Shown here in pieces: positions 50,821 to 60,485 of a DNA stretch of 64,000 nucleotides. Both the position numbers and the translations under genes were made by a program. Within the stretch, counting starts at the first letter, position 1. Each line of letters starts with the position of its first letter. Origin of the DNA: a virus; IMG/VR virus record IMGVR_UViG_3300031787_011371, positions 1-64,000 of that record; one strand, written 5' to 3'. The notes beneath the pieces were generated by a model. The model was given only the letters and a program-made list of their open reading frames with translations. It had not been told where the DNA came from and made no database searches.

Positions 50821-51604
50821 TATTTAAATTTTTAATCATTTTTTTTATACCTTCTTCTAAAGATATTTTTGGCTTCCAATTTGGAACATATTCTTTATTT
50901 TGTATAATAAGAGACTCTCCTTTTTTATTTCCTTTAATAATAGAACAGTTAGTGTTTTTTTGGATTATTTTTGCTATATTATATAAATCTACCCATTCTC
51001 CAGTAGATATGTCATAAGTTTTACTTTTATCTTTTATATTAAATGCAGCCAATAAAGCTTCACAAACATCATCTATATGAATAAATTGTCTAACCTCACT
51101 TCCATCCGTTAAAATTTCAATTTTTTCATTTTTTACTGCTTGAAAAACAAAGTCTGATATTACATGGCTTCTTTCGCTTACTTCTTCATTATATCCATAT
51201 ATATTCCAAAGTCTAACTGCTATACCTTTTTCTGAGAGTTTTGTCCAAACTTCTCCAATTCTCTTTTGTGAACCATAAACTGTATCTACATTTTCTGATA
51301 ATTGACTTGAAATAAAAATGAAAGGCAAATTTATAATTTGTGGAAAAACATTATTCATTATTGCATTATTCCATTCCATTTGAAATATTTGACTATCTTT
51401 TTTATATAAATATTTTGCGCCACCAACATCCCAAGCTAAAAAGAAAACTCTATCAACACCTTCTAATGGCAAACTTTCAAATCTAGCATCTTGTTTTGTG
51501 TTGTTTTTTATGTCGAACTCTATAACTTCATCCCCTTTATTCTTAAGAAAATCGCAAAGCCTTTTTCCTAAAAAGCCGCTTGAACCTATGATTAAACTTT
51601 TCAT
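50807..51604 (-). CDS. NAD-dependent nucleotide-sugar epimerase/reductase
   Basis: GSSGFLG, YGSQK, NIYG, RQFIHIDD. Confidence 0.8.
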   Translation of the reverse strand: MKSLIIGSSGFLGKRLCDFLKNKGDEVIEFDIKNNTKQDARFESLPLEGVDRVFFLAWDVGGAKYLYKKDSQIFQMEWNNAIMNNVFPQIINLPFIFISSQLSENVDTVYGSQKRIGEVWTKLSEKGIAVRLWNIYGYNEEVSERSHVISDFVFQAVKNEKIEILTDGSEVRQFIHIDDVCEALLAAFNIKDKSKTYDISTGEWVDLYNIAKIIQKNTNCSIIKGNKKGESLIIQNKEYVPNWKPKISLEEGIKKMIKNLNNEQN

Positions 51605-51605
51605 A

Positions 51606-52538
51606 TTATTTACCTAAATAGTTTATATACCAATTAATAGTTTTTTTTAAACCTTCCTCAAAAGAATATTTTTTAGTCCATCCTAATTTTTTTAATTTAT
51701 CAGCAGACATATATTGAAAAGGAATTTCTATAAAATCTTTTTTTACAATTTCACTTCCTCCAGAGTAATTCATTAAACTAGAGATTGTAGAAACTGTTTC
51801 TTCTATTGTATGAAATTCATTATCTCCGATGTTATAAATTTCCCCAGGCTTTCCATTTTCTGAAAGCAATTTATAAGCATTACACACATCATCAATAAAA
51901 ACAAACTCTCTTTTAAAGCCTAGAACCCCAGAGTAAATTCTTGGTTTGTTATTTTTATGTATTTGTATTATTGTATTTGGTATTATTCTGGAAATATTCA
52001 TATCTCTAGGCCCATAAATGTTAGCACATCTAATGACATTAACGTTTATTCCATAAGTTTTGTAGTAAGATTGAGAAATTAGGTCGGCACAGGCTTTTGA
52101 TGTTGAATATGGGTCATCTGGTTGCAACTTCATATCTTCAGTGTAAGGTAGTACATCGTGAGTCCCATATGATTTATCTGAAGAAGCAACTATTATTTTT
52201 ATGTTTGGATTAATTTTTCTAATGGCATCTAAAATATTTATTGTTCCAATTATATTACTTTTATAACAACTTACAGGGTTTTTATTTGCTATTTTAACTA
52301 TAGACATCGCTGCTATATGATATATTAAATCAATTTCGTAATCAGAAATAATTCTTTCTACTAATTCCGAATCTAATATGTCTCCATATATTATGGTACA
52401 TTTATCTAAAATATCTTTTTGAGTTTTTTTATTTTTATCTCTAATTATACCTATAACATTATTTCCACTATTTAACTCTTTTTCTGCCAATGATGAACCG
52501 ACAAACCCATTTATTCCTGTTATTAAAATATTTTTCAT
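51606..52538 (-). CDS. NDP-sugar 4,6-dehydratase (extended SDR)
   Basis: TGINGFVG, SSDKSYG, PYSTSK, NIYGP. Confidence 0.85.
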   Translation of the reverse strand: MKNILITGINGFVGSSLAEKELNSGNNVIGIIRDKNKKTQKDILDKCTIIYGDILDSELVERIISDYEIDLIYHIAAMSIVKIANKNPVSCYKSNIIGTINILDAIRKINPNIKIIVASSDKSYGTHDVLPYTEDMKLQPDDPYSTSKACADLISQSYYKTYGINVNVIRCANIYGPRDMNISRIIPNTIIQIHKNNKPRIYSGVLGFKREFVFIDDVCNAYKLLSENGKPGEIYNIGDNEFHTIEETVSTISSLMNYSGGSEIVKKDFIEIPFQYMSADKLKKLGWTKKYSFEEGLKKTINWYINYLGK

Positions 52539-52541
52539 TTT

Positions 52542-53369
52542 TTATAATTTTATTATTTGTTTTGACTGTTTTTCTAAATTTAAATTTTCTAATATATAAT
52601 TTCTTGGTTTATATGATTCCAAATTTCTAATAAAATGATTCCACTTACTGTAAATTTCTTCTTTTTCATAAAAATAAATTCCACATAATGAATTAAAATA
52701 AGGTATTGATGTTGCTTCTACCTTATATTCTTCACCTCTATCGTTCCAATATTTTACGTCCCAAACAATTAGTGGCAAATTACAACTCATCATTTCTTGT
52801 ATTGCTATTCCTTGACTTTCACAATTATCTATAATAAAACCATATTTACTTTTCGATATTAAATCTAAAAAATTTGACTCATTATAATGGCCGTATTTTA
52901 TTACATTATATGTTTGATTTGATTCTTTTAAAAAGTTTTCTACAAATTTTAAATCTTCTTCATTTCTCCTTTTAAAATATACTAAACAATCAAATTCTTT
53001 TTTGTCATTAGATTTGTCGGCAAATAATTCAGTATCAATACCTACTGGCCAAATCTCTATTTTTTCTTCTGGGAGCCATTTCATATATAATTTTTTTACC
53101 CATTCTGATGGAACTAAAATTTTTTTATATTTCTGCTCCATAACATATTTATTGTCTATAGGTAAAGTGCATATATTTGGGCCTATTATAGAATTTTCTA
53201 TTTTTAAACTTAACATATTATGACTTTGAAGAAAAACATTTTTTTCATCGTTTTTATTTTCTGATGAATTAATTGTGTAATTTTCTTTCAAAATTTCCAG
53301 TCCACTAATAAAGTTGTCAATAACTTTTTTTGGACCCATATTTCTATATTCAAAATAAATATTAATCAT
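52542..53369 (-). CDS. GT4-like glycosyltransferase
   Basis: VPSEW, PVGID, ESQGIAIQEMMSCNLP. Confidence 0.75.
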   Translation of the reverse strand: MINIYFEYRNMGPKKVIDNFISGLEILKENYTINSSENKNDEKNVFLQSHNMLSLKIENSIIGPNICTLPIDNKYVMEQKYKKILVPSEWVKKLYMKWLPEEKIEIWPVGIDTELFADKSNDKKEFDCLVYFKRRNEEDLKFVENFLKESNQTYNVIKYGHYNESNFLDLISKSKYGFIIDNCESQGIAIQEMMSCNLPLIVWDVKYWNDRGEEYKVEATSIPYFNSLCGIYFYEKEEIYSKWNHFIRNLESYKPRNYILENLNLEKQSKQIIKL

Positions 53370-53994
53370 TTTTTTTCATATAAAATGCATCACCCCATTG
53401 ATATTCAGTCATTTTAGTTTCTACCCTTTCAAAACCAAATTTACTTAAATACAAGTCAATTTCTTCTATTTTTGCACAATCCTTATAAAGATAATCAGTA
53501 TTAACTTCTGTATAAATATAATCTATATCATTTAAAGAATTCTCCATACCTTTTAAAGCTAAAAGTTCTGCTCCTTGAATATCTAAATTTAAAAAATTAA
53601 AATCACATGGATTAAATTTCTCATCATTAAAGAAAGTGTCAATCTTTTTTGTTTTAACAGTTTTTTTATTAACAACAGAAATGTGTGGATGATGAATTTT
53701 ATGTTTATCCATTTCAAGAATAGAAGAAGATTCTCCATTACTTGCAACATGAAAATCTACTTCCTGTCCATCTATATCAGATGCTGCAAAACAGTAAGAT
53801 TTATGATTTTTATAGTTACTTATTTTATTTTGCAATTCATTAAATGTATCTGGGTCTGCTTCTACCCATATAACATTATCAACACCACAAGTTCTATATG
53901 ATTCAGCTTCTTCTGCGTGATGTGCACCAACATGTAAAATTCCTTTAATGTTGATTTTATATTTATTTCTTATATCTCTAAAATTAATTAACAT
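53362..53994 (-). CDS. FkbM-family methyltransferase
   Basis: HVGAH, NLDIQGAELLALKG, WGDAFY. Confidence 0.85.
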   Translation of the reverse strand: MLINFRDIRNKYKINIKGILHVGAHHAEEAESYRTCGVDNVIWVEADPDTFNELQNKISNYKNHKSYCFAASDIDGQEVDFHVASNGESSSILEMDKHKIHHPHISVVNKKTVKTKKIDTFFNDEKFNPCDFNFLNLDIQGAELLALKGMENSLNDIDYIYTEVNTDYLYKDCAKIEEIDLYLSKFGFERVETKMTEYQWGDAFYMKKND

Positions 53995-53996
53995 TT

Positions 53997-55328
53997 TTAA
54001 TTTTTTATTAGTTTAGTTACTTGATTTTCATGTATTCTATAATAAAGAAGAATGTCTTCACAAATATAAAATTTAAAACCTTTTTCAATTGAATCTTGCC
54101 AAAGTTTTAAATCTTCCATTGGTATATCTTCCTCATTATATTTATTATTATCCCAAAAGTTTTTACTATACGCAACACATGGATGAGCTATAACATTATG
54201 ACCAACTCTTAGATTTTCTATTATTTCTCCTTTTTTTGTCATTAAAAAATCCTTAACACTTTCATCTTCATAATTATTTTCTTTTATATGAGAAAAGTTT
54301 GATGAAACTATATCATAACCTTCTTTTAATTTTTCAAATTGTCTTTCTATTCTGTTTTCTTGATAATAATCATCTACATTAGTATTAAATACAAAATCAC
54401 ACCCATCCTTAAATGCTTCTTCTATAATATAATTCATTGCTTGAGCATGATTATCCATTTCAATTTTGTAAAATTTACCATTTTCAAAATGGTAATCTCC
54501 AAGAAAAGAATAATTATCATCTCCATAATTTAATTCGTAAATAAAATAGTCTTTATATGTTTGACTTACAATTGAATCAAAAAATTTCAATAACCATCTG
54601 TCATTATATATTTTTTTAGCATTTTTATGAAAAATTACTATACCAATTTTATATTTACACAAGTCGTGTTTTTTTAATAAAAAATTTATATCATATTTTT
54701 TTGTATTAAAATTACTTTTATTATGTATTCTATGCAAAACTAGTTGTTTTTTGTCATTTATAAATTTACAACTTTTTTTCATAAGTTTCAACCAAAAATC
54801 ATAATCTTCTATTCCAACAATAGACTCATCCCATCCATTAACCTCTTCTGCTATTTCTTTCTTAAATATTGCTGAAGTATTTGCCACTTGATTTACACCA
54901 GACATTGAAAGTCTTAATATTTCTTCATGTTCTAAAGAAAGATTAGGCTGACCTGTTATTTTTTCCAATTCATCACAGTAAAATATTCTAGAACCTATTA
55001 CATCATATAATCCAGTGTTCGCAAGTTCTATTTGTATTTCTAATTTTTTTGGCAACCAAACATCATCATCATCTTGTATTGCCAACCATTCTCCTTTAGC
55101 TTCTTTTAATAATTTATTTAAAGTTTTAGACTTCCCAGCATCTAAACCATAATCAAAAATTCTAATTCTTTCATCGTCAAATTCTTTAACAATTTCTTTG
55201 CTATTGTCAATAGTTCCATTAAAACCTATTAATAACTCAAAATCTTTGTATGTTTGATTTAAAACCGATTCTATAGAACGTCTTAAATATTTTTCACCAT
55301 TATAAACTGCTAATAATATTGATACCAT
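53997..55328 (-). CDS. Tandem double GT2 glycosyltransferase
   Basis: SILLAVYN..QDDDD..EDY and NVDD..HP..ED..YRIH. Confidence 0.85.
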   Translation of the reverse strand: MVSILLAVYNGEKYLRRSIESVLNQTYKDFELLIGFNGTIDNSKEIVKEFDDERIRIFDYGLDAGKSKTLNKLLKEAKGEWLAIQDDDDVWLPKKLEIQIELANTGLYDVIGSRIFYCDELEKITGQPNLSLEHEEILRLSMSGVNQVANTSAIFKKEIAEEVNGWDESIVGIEDYDFWLKLMKKSCKFINDKKQLVLHRIHNKSNFNTKKYDINFLLKKHDLCKYKIGIVIFHKNAKKIYNDRWLLKFFDSIVSQTYKDYFIYELNYGDDNYSFLGDYHFENGKFYKIEMDNHAQAMNYIIEEAFKDGCDFVFNTNVDDYYQENRIERQFEKLKEGYDIVSSNFSHIKENNYEDESVKDFLMTKKGEIIENLRVGHNVIAHPCVAYSKNFWDNNKYNEEDIPMEDLKLWQDSIEKGFKFYICEDILLYYRIHENQVTKLIKN

Positions 55329-55330
55329 GA

Positions 55331-55921
55331 TTAAATATGTTTTTTTAATTCGTTTTTAACATATACTGTATTTCCAATATGAACACTTCCGTCAGACATA
55401 TGATTTATTAACATTCCATTTTCATCAGCATAATATTGATATATATCTATAAAATTTATATCATTTTCTTTACATAATTCTTTTAATATAGAATTAGCCT
55501 TAATAGTATATCTAGACCTATCTTCGTCTAAACCAAGAAATGGAAAATTTATATTTTCTATATTTCTATTCTTTTTTGAAGGTGGGGTTATGCTTAAAAT
55601 TCCAATTTTTTCAAAAAATATTTTTTGACTTTTAATATGATTAACATAATCAATTATTAAACTATTTATTATTTCATCTTCTGTTAAATCATTTAATTGT
55701 ATTTGATTAAAAATATGACACCTAATATCTATTTCTCCAAAACAAAAAATAACAAATGAGTTATATGATATATCAACATTTCTACTTTTAAAAATATCAT
55801 AAAAATTAATTTTATCACGTCTAACTTTATGCATAGTCATAGGCGCAATATTGTGTCTATCTTCTATAATATTTCTAAACGAAAAATCAGAATGTGAATC
55901 TCCTATTGTATAAATTTTCAT
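55331..55921 (-). CDS. SGNH/GDSL-like protein (sugar O-acyl esterase/transferase)
   Basis: IGDSH, GEID, DGSVH. Confidence 0.65.
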   Translation of the reverse strand: MKIYTIGDSHSDFSFRNIIEDRHNIAPMTMHKVRRDKINFYDIFKSRNVDISYNSFVIFCFGEIDIRCHIFNQIQLNDLTEDEIINSLIIDYVNHIKSQKIFFEKIGILSITPPSKKNRNIENINFPFLGLDEDRSRYTIKANSILKELCKENDINFIDIYQYYADENGMLINHMSDGSVHIGNTVYVKNELKKHI

Positions 55922-56454
55922 ATTTTTTTAGCTTGAATATTTAAACTCATTAAAACTCCTTTTTCTTTTTCCATATGTGGAAGATATGCTTGACTAAAAT
56001 CATCTATAGAACCATGTTCAACCGTTTTCCAATCCCAAATATGAACGTCTATAAATCCTAAACCTTCTAAATCTTCTTTTAACATATTAAAATCAAAACC
56101 AACATAATGAAAGTTTTCATTATAATTTTGACCTCCATATAAAAATCCCATCAATTGTTTAAGAGTGTATCTTTTTGTGTAATGTAACTCCGAAACTTTA
56201 TATAAATCAGGAACTGATATTCTCAATATTCCACCGCTTTTTAAAATTTCATTCCACCTTTTTAAAACATCTAGATATGTTTTTCTATTAAAATGTTCAA
56301 GAACATGACAAGCATATATCATTTCTGCAGATTCATCTTTAAAGTTTTTTAATGTTGCAACATTATCAACAATGTCACATTCTGTTTCTGGTCTTATATC
56401 AACATTTACAAAACCATCCAACTTTTTAAAGCCGCATCCTAAATGTAATTTCAT
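55918..56454 (-). CDS. SAM methyltransferase (Methyltransf_11-like)
   Basis: LHLGCG, HVLEH, LKSGG.LRISVPD. Confidence 0.8.
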   Translation of the reverse strand: MKLHLGCGFKKLDGFVNVDIRPETECDIVDNVATLKNFKDESAEMIYACHVLEHFNRKTYLDVLKRWNEILKSGGILRISVPDLYKVSELHYTKRYTLKQLMGFLYGGQNYNENFHYVGFDFNMLKEDLEGLGFIDVHIWDWKTVEHGSIDDFSQAYLPHMEKEKGVLMSLNIQAKKI

Positions 56455-57281
56455 ATTAAAGTTTTTATTTTATTAATAAGCCTTTCATTGTAATCAACCC
56501 AATTCATAGCCAATCTTCTATTTATCTCTATGACATCTTTTTTGGATTCATAAAACTCAGGAGTTAGTTCGTTGCACTTTTCAATTGCCTCATTAAAAGA
56601 ATTTACAATAATAATCCCATTTACATCAAAATATTCTACTATATTAGGACAGCCTATATAAATAGGAATGGTTTTGCACAGTAAACAATCTATCAATTTT
56701 TCCGTAAAGAAATTCTGCTTTGATACGTTTTCTATACATATATGAAACATACTATCAAATAGAGGTTCTTTTCGCTCTCCTAGTATAGGGTTATTTCCAA
56801 AATTTTCAACACCGCCTAATCTACTTAAAAAGAATTTTTTCGGTATGCTTATTTTATTTTGTTTATACCACAACTTTTGTCTTATTTTATGATTCTCCGT
56901 AATTGTCTTGTGACCACAAACCGTAGATACAGAAAACTCTTTTGGCTTATTCAAATCATATTCATCTAAATGAATCCATTTTGTTCCATATTCAAAAAGT
57001 ACTCCGTTTGGTATAGCATCTAAAACTTCTTGTTCATATGTAAGCACATAATCAAAACGATTCCAATTGTCTATAATGCGTTTATTCAAACCCATAATTT
57101 CGTTTGGCTCAATTTGAACAAAGAATTTTTTTAAAAGCCTTCTTCCTGCTGAAGCTTCAAACTGTTCAATCGTTGGATTGTCTAAATTTTGAAAATTATC
57201 AACCCAAATATCTATTGGCATTGAACTATCAAAATCATAGTTCAAGGACATGCCAAAATTAGAATTTACATTTGCTTTCAT
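56451..57281 (-). CDS. GT10 alpha-1,3/4-fucosyltransferase-like
   Basis: FHICIEN...FFTEKLIDCLLCKTIPIYIG (GT10 alpha-1,3-FucT motif). Confidence 0.75.
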   Translation of the reverse strand: MKANVNSNFGMSLNYDFDSSMPIDIWVDNFQNLDNPTIEQFEASAGRRLLKKFFVQIEPNEIMGLNKRIIDNWNRFDYVLTYEQEVLDAIPNGVLFEYGTKWIHLDEYDLNKPKEFSVSTVCGHKTITENHKIRQKLWYKQNKISIPKKFFLSRLGGVENFGNNPILGERKEPLFDSMFHICIENVSKQNFFTEKLIDCLLCKTIPIYIGCPNIVEYFDVNGIIIVNSFNEAIEKCNELTPEFYESKKDVIEINRRLAMNWVDYNERLINKIKTLI

Positions 57282-57964
57282 TAACCTCTTATTTCTGAAT
57301 GATTTTTGTCTAAAGCTAAAAGCTTCTTTTCAAATGGTATTTGCCAAGATTCTGGATAACAATAACTTGGATTAAGCTTTTTTGGTGGATTATCAATAAA
57401 ATATCTATTCATTTGACTTTCATCATGCCAAACAGCAATAATTCCATTTTCTAAATCCTTATCTACTCTTTCCTTTATTGTTTTTGACATTTCAAGAAAA
57501 GCTTCTGAAGTTCCTCCATTAAATCCACCAGCATAATAACATTCACCTTCTTCTTCTGAAACATATGCTGTTGAACTTTTGTTAGTTTCATAACTTCCTC
57601 TTCTTCCTCCAAAAAATCCTGGGTGTTCTGTGCCAACAAGTTCAGTTTCTGTATCTGGGAGTATTTCTTCGTTTACATCTTCAACAAATCTCATATCAGC
57701 ATCACAATAAAAAAGATAATCCATGTTAGATAGCAATTCTTTATTTTTATCAAAAACATGATAACGTTTTAATGTGGCGTAAGGCCATCCCAAATGTTCT
57801 TGTTCAATTCTAATAATGTCATCATTTTCTGGCACATTACCATCTGTAAAAACAAACATTTTAACTTCATGATTTTTCATAAAATGTTTTTTTACAGATT
57901 TATATAATGGAGGTATAAATTGAGTGTATTTACCTGTTGCAATGACTAATAAGCCTATTTTCAT
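57281..57964 (-). CDS. GT6 alpha-1,3-Gal/GalNAc transferase (ABO-like)
   Basis: IATGKY, FVFTD, DAD, YYAGGFNGG, WHDESQMN, KNH..IR. Confidence 0.9.
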   Translation of the reverse strand: MKIGLLVIATGKYTQFIPPLYKSVKKHFMKNHEVKMFVFTDGNVPENDDIIRIEQEHLGWPYATLKRYHVFDKNKELLSNMDYLFYCDADMRFVEDVNEEILPDTETELVGTEHPGFFGGRRGSYETNKSSTAYVSEEEGECYYAGGFNGGTSEAFLEMSKTIKERVDKDLENGIIAVWHDESQMNRYFIDNPPKKLNPSYCYPESWQIPFEKKLLALDKNHSEIRG

Positions 57965-58287
57965 ATACTATAATTTTTTTCTATTAACAATATTTGTTTC
58001 GACAAAAAAGGCATTCTATCTAAAAGCTGTTCAGTTTCAAAAATTAATTTTTTACTTGATTGTTTTAATTTCTGTATTACTTTGTCGTTTAATGTAATAA
58101 TGTTTGGAGATAACATTTCTACTTTAGTTTCTCCTTCTCTTGTTGGAATTACAATTCTATGATAGTCATTTTCAAGATATATTGTTGATTCCTTTACTGT
58201 CTCAACATAAATGGCTACATCTCTTTCATCTAAATTTCCAACGTATATATAAAATACTATTACTGGTTTTGCCATAACTTTATTCAA
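57961..58287 (-). CDS. Hypothetical protein
   Basis: 108-aa ORF overlapping both neighbours. Confidence 0.6.
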   Translation of the reverse strand: MNKVMAKPVIVFYIYVGNLDERDVAIYVETVKESTIYLENDYHRIVIPTREGETKVEMLSPNIITLNDKVIQKLKQSSKKLIFETEQLLDRMPFLSKQILLIEKNYSI

Positions 58288-59080
58288 ATGGTAATTCTAA
58301 TTCTTGATGACATCCAACAATATTAGAAAAATCTATTTTATTTAACTTAATCTCTCTCCCAGACAAAAAATTATCATTCAATTCTTGTGCTGAAATCCCA
58401 TGAAATTCACCTTCTCTGTTTGGAAATACACTTTGAACAACATTAGAAGGAGAATTTACTAATTTACTTTGTTTGTAAGACCACATTGTTTTTTTAGGAT
58501 AGTTTCCAAACATTTGTAATGCCGCCTCAAAAGTATTTGGATTTTGAAACATAACTTTTTTTGAAAGTTTATGAATTTCTTTTGTTTTAAAAATATGTCC
58601 ATCAACTGACAGTGGATAGCCAAAATCCATATAATGAACTGACCAGTTCCATTTTATAAATTTATCATCCTCATAATCAGGCATTATAACATTGTCACAT
58701 CTCATAGTGTAACATTTGTTTGTATTTAAACCTAATCTCATAGAAAAACAAAAAGCGTCATTATCTGTCTCTAATTTTGAAATCATTTCATTTTCATCAA
58801 CTCTTCCATAAATTATGTCATCATCAGTAAAGAATGATGTATAATTATATATTGAATTTTCTAAAATAGCTAAAGTTTGTTCTCTAAAATCTATTTCTTT
58901 AATCCATTTTACTTCTGGGAATTGCTCCATCAATTTATTATACCCTTTTTCAAATTCATCATTTGAATAAGTATATAAAACATTTAAAGAAAAAACTCCA
59001 TTAGCATTTTTTTCAACACTATCAAGAAATAGTTTTAATTGTGCTGCTCTATCTTTTGAAAATACTATTCCATTAATCAT
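58280..59080 (-). CDS. GT-A fold glycosyltransferase-like protein
   Basis: FSKDRAAQL, FFTDDD. The ATG at 59080 is preferred. Confidence 0.6.
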   Translation of the reverse strand: MINGIVFSKDRAAQLKLFLDSVEKNANGVFSLNVLYTYSNDEFEKGYNKLMEQFPEVKWIKEIDFREQTLAILENSIYNYTSFFTDDDIIYGRVDENEMISKLETDNDAFCFSMRLGLNTNKCYTMRCDNVIMPDYEDDKFIKWNWSVHYMDFGYPLSVDGHIFKTKEIHKLSKKVMFQNPNTFEAALQMFGNYPKKTMWSYKQSKLVNSPSNVVQSVFPNREGEFHGISAQELNDNFLSGREIKLNKIDFSNIVGCHQELELPFE

Positions 59081-59930
59081 TTTTATTTGTTTTATAAGTT
59101 TCAATTTTTTGAAAAGGCTTCTTTTTGTTTATTTCTGAATGTATACTCCACTGAAGTTGCTGATTTACTTTATCGTCAGAAATAGGATTTTCTCTATTAT
59201 AAACATAAAGTGGAGTTTCATTATAAAAAACATGCTCTTTCCCAGCCATTTCAAGCATTGGAATAAACATTGCAACATCATATGTCATTTGATACCAATT
59301 GCCATTAGAATCTTTCATACATGAATAATTTTCATCCTGCTCTGCAATTTTAGCATAAAGACCTGCCCTAAAAGTTCTTATGTGAGAAACTTTAAATTGA
59401 GATTTTCTTAAATCTTTAAAATCATCTTCTGTATATTCTCTCGCACAACATTTCATGCCATTAGTCCATTTTGAACTGCCATACATCATCCAACATTCTG
59501 GATTTTTATTGTAGAAATCGTTTATGTATGATAATACATCCTTTTTAAATAACCAGTCATCTCCATCTACTATTACAACAATATCATCTGGGTCTATAGC
59601 AAATCTCATTATACCATTATGCAAATTTGGGAGTGCACTCATTCTTTCGCTTGACCTCCAAGCTAAAATATTTTGACATTTCGTTTTTTCTAATAGAGGA
59701 TGTTTATATTCAACTATAGGTTCTCCGTTTTCATCTTTTAATAAATCACCATTATCATCTCCTTTATATTTTACTGCTGGTATTTTGCTAAATGAACCAT
59801 CTGTAGAACTGTCATCAATAAAAAGGATTTCGTAATTTTCATAATCTTGAGTCAAAAGAGAATTTACACATCTGTCCAAAAATTTTCCAGGATTATAAAA
59901 TGGAACTATTACTTTAATTTTATTGTTCAT
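59073..59930 (-). CDS. GT2 glycosyltransferase
   Basis: VIVPFYN, DDSSTDGS, VDGDDW. Confidence 0.85.
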   Translation of the reverse strand: MNNKIKVIVPFYNPGKFLDRCVNSLLTQDYENYEILFIDDSSTDGSFSKIPAVKYKGDDNGDLLKDENGEPIVEYKHPLLEKTKCQNILAWRSSERMSALPNLHNGIMRFAIDPDDIVVIVDGDDWLFKKDVLSYINDFYNKNPECWMMYGSSKWTNGMKCCAREYTEDDFKDLRKSQFKVSHIRTFRAGLYAKIAEQDENYSCMKDSNGNWYQMTYDVAMFIPMLEMAGKEHVFYNETPLYVYNRENPISDDKVNQQLQWSIHSEINKKKPFQKIETYKTNKND

Positions 59931-59947
59931 TTTTTATTTTGTTTTAA

Positions 59948-59978
59948 CAAACATACGATTTTTATTTAAAAAAATAAA
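59948..59978 (-). promoter_or_regulatory. Bacteroidota-type promoter of glycan island 2
   Basis: Minus strand TTTA-N19-TATGTTTG. Confidence 0.6.
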
Positions 59979-60047
59979 TGGATAATTTAAAAAAGATTTT
60001 TTCAAACTATTTATCTTAAAAATTATAACAATTCTAATAATTTAGAA

Positions 60048-60449
60048 ATGAAAAAAGAAGCAAAAAAACTAAACAAGTCTAACATTCTTAATCTAATTAA
60101 GGAAGAAGCTGAATTTATTCTTAAAAAAGAAGAATATCATGATAAAATAGTTAAACTAAATGATGAATTAAAAAATCTTTACGAAAATAGAGATTTTGTT
60201 GGAACTTTTGGTTTTGCTGGTGATAACAAAAAAAGTGTTTCTGGATTTAAAGAAACTCCAAACATTTCTTATATAGCAATGTTAGAAAAAGAATTTAATG
60301 CTCAAGATTCATTAAAAGCAAACAAAGAAGAGGCTATTCTTAATGAAGACCAGCTTAATGAAATTGACAAATTAAAAGAAGAAAATTCAAGCTTGAAAAA
60401 ACAAATAGAAGAAATTTCAGCATTCATTTCAGAAATGAAAAAAGGTTGA
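60048..60449 (+). CDS. Coiled-coil protein, putative head-internal protein
   Basis: KLNKSNILNLIKEE N-terminal motif; CTATTTAT upstream. Confidence 0.6.
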   Translation: MKKEAKKLNKSNILNLIKEEAEFILKKEEYHDKIVKLNDELKNLYENRDFVGTFGFAGDNKKSVSGFKETPNISYIAMLEKEFNAQDSLKANKEEAILNEDQLNEIDKLKEENSSLKKQIEEISAFISEMKKG

Positions 60450-60485
60450 TTCTATAATTATAAAATCATTTAAAAATTAAAAAAG

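Noticed and set aside
8845-59930. Bacterial LPS/capsule locus or prophage cargo
   Set aside because: It is interleaved with baseplate, sigma and phoH genes, and lacks flippase, polymerase, integrase and housekeeping genes.
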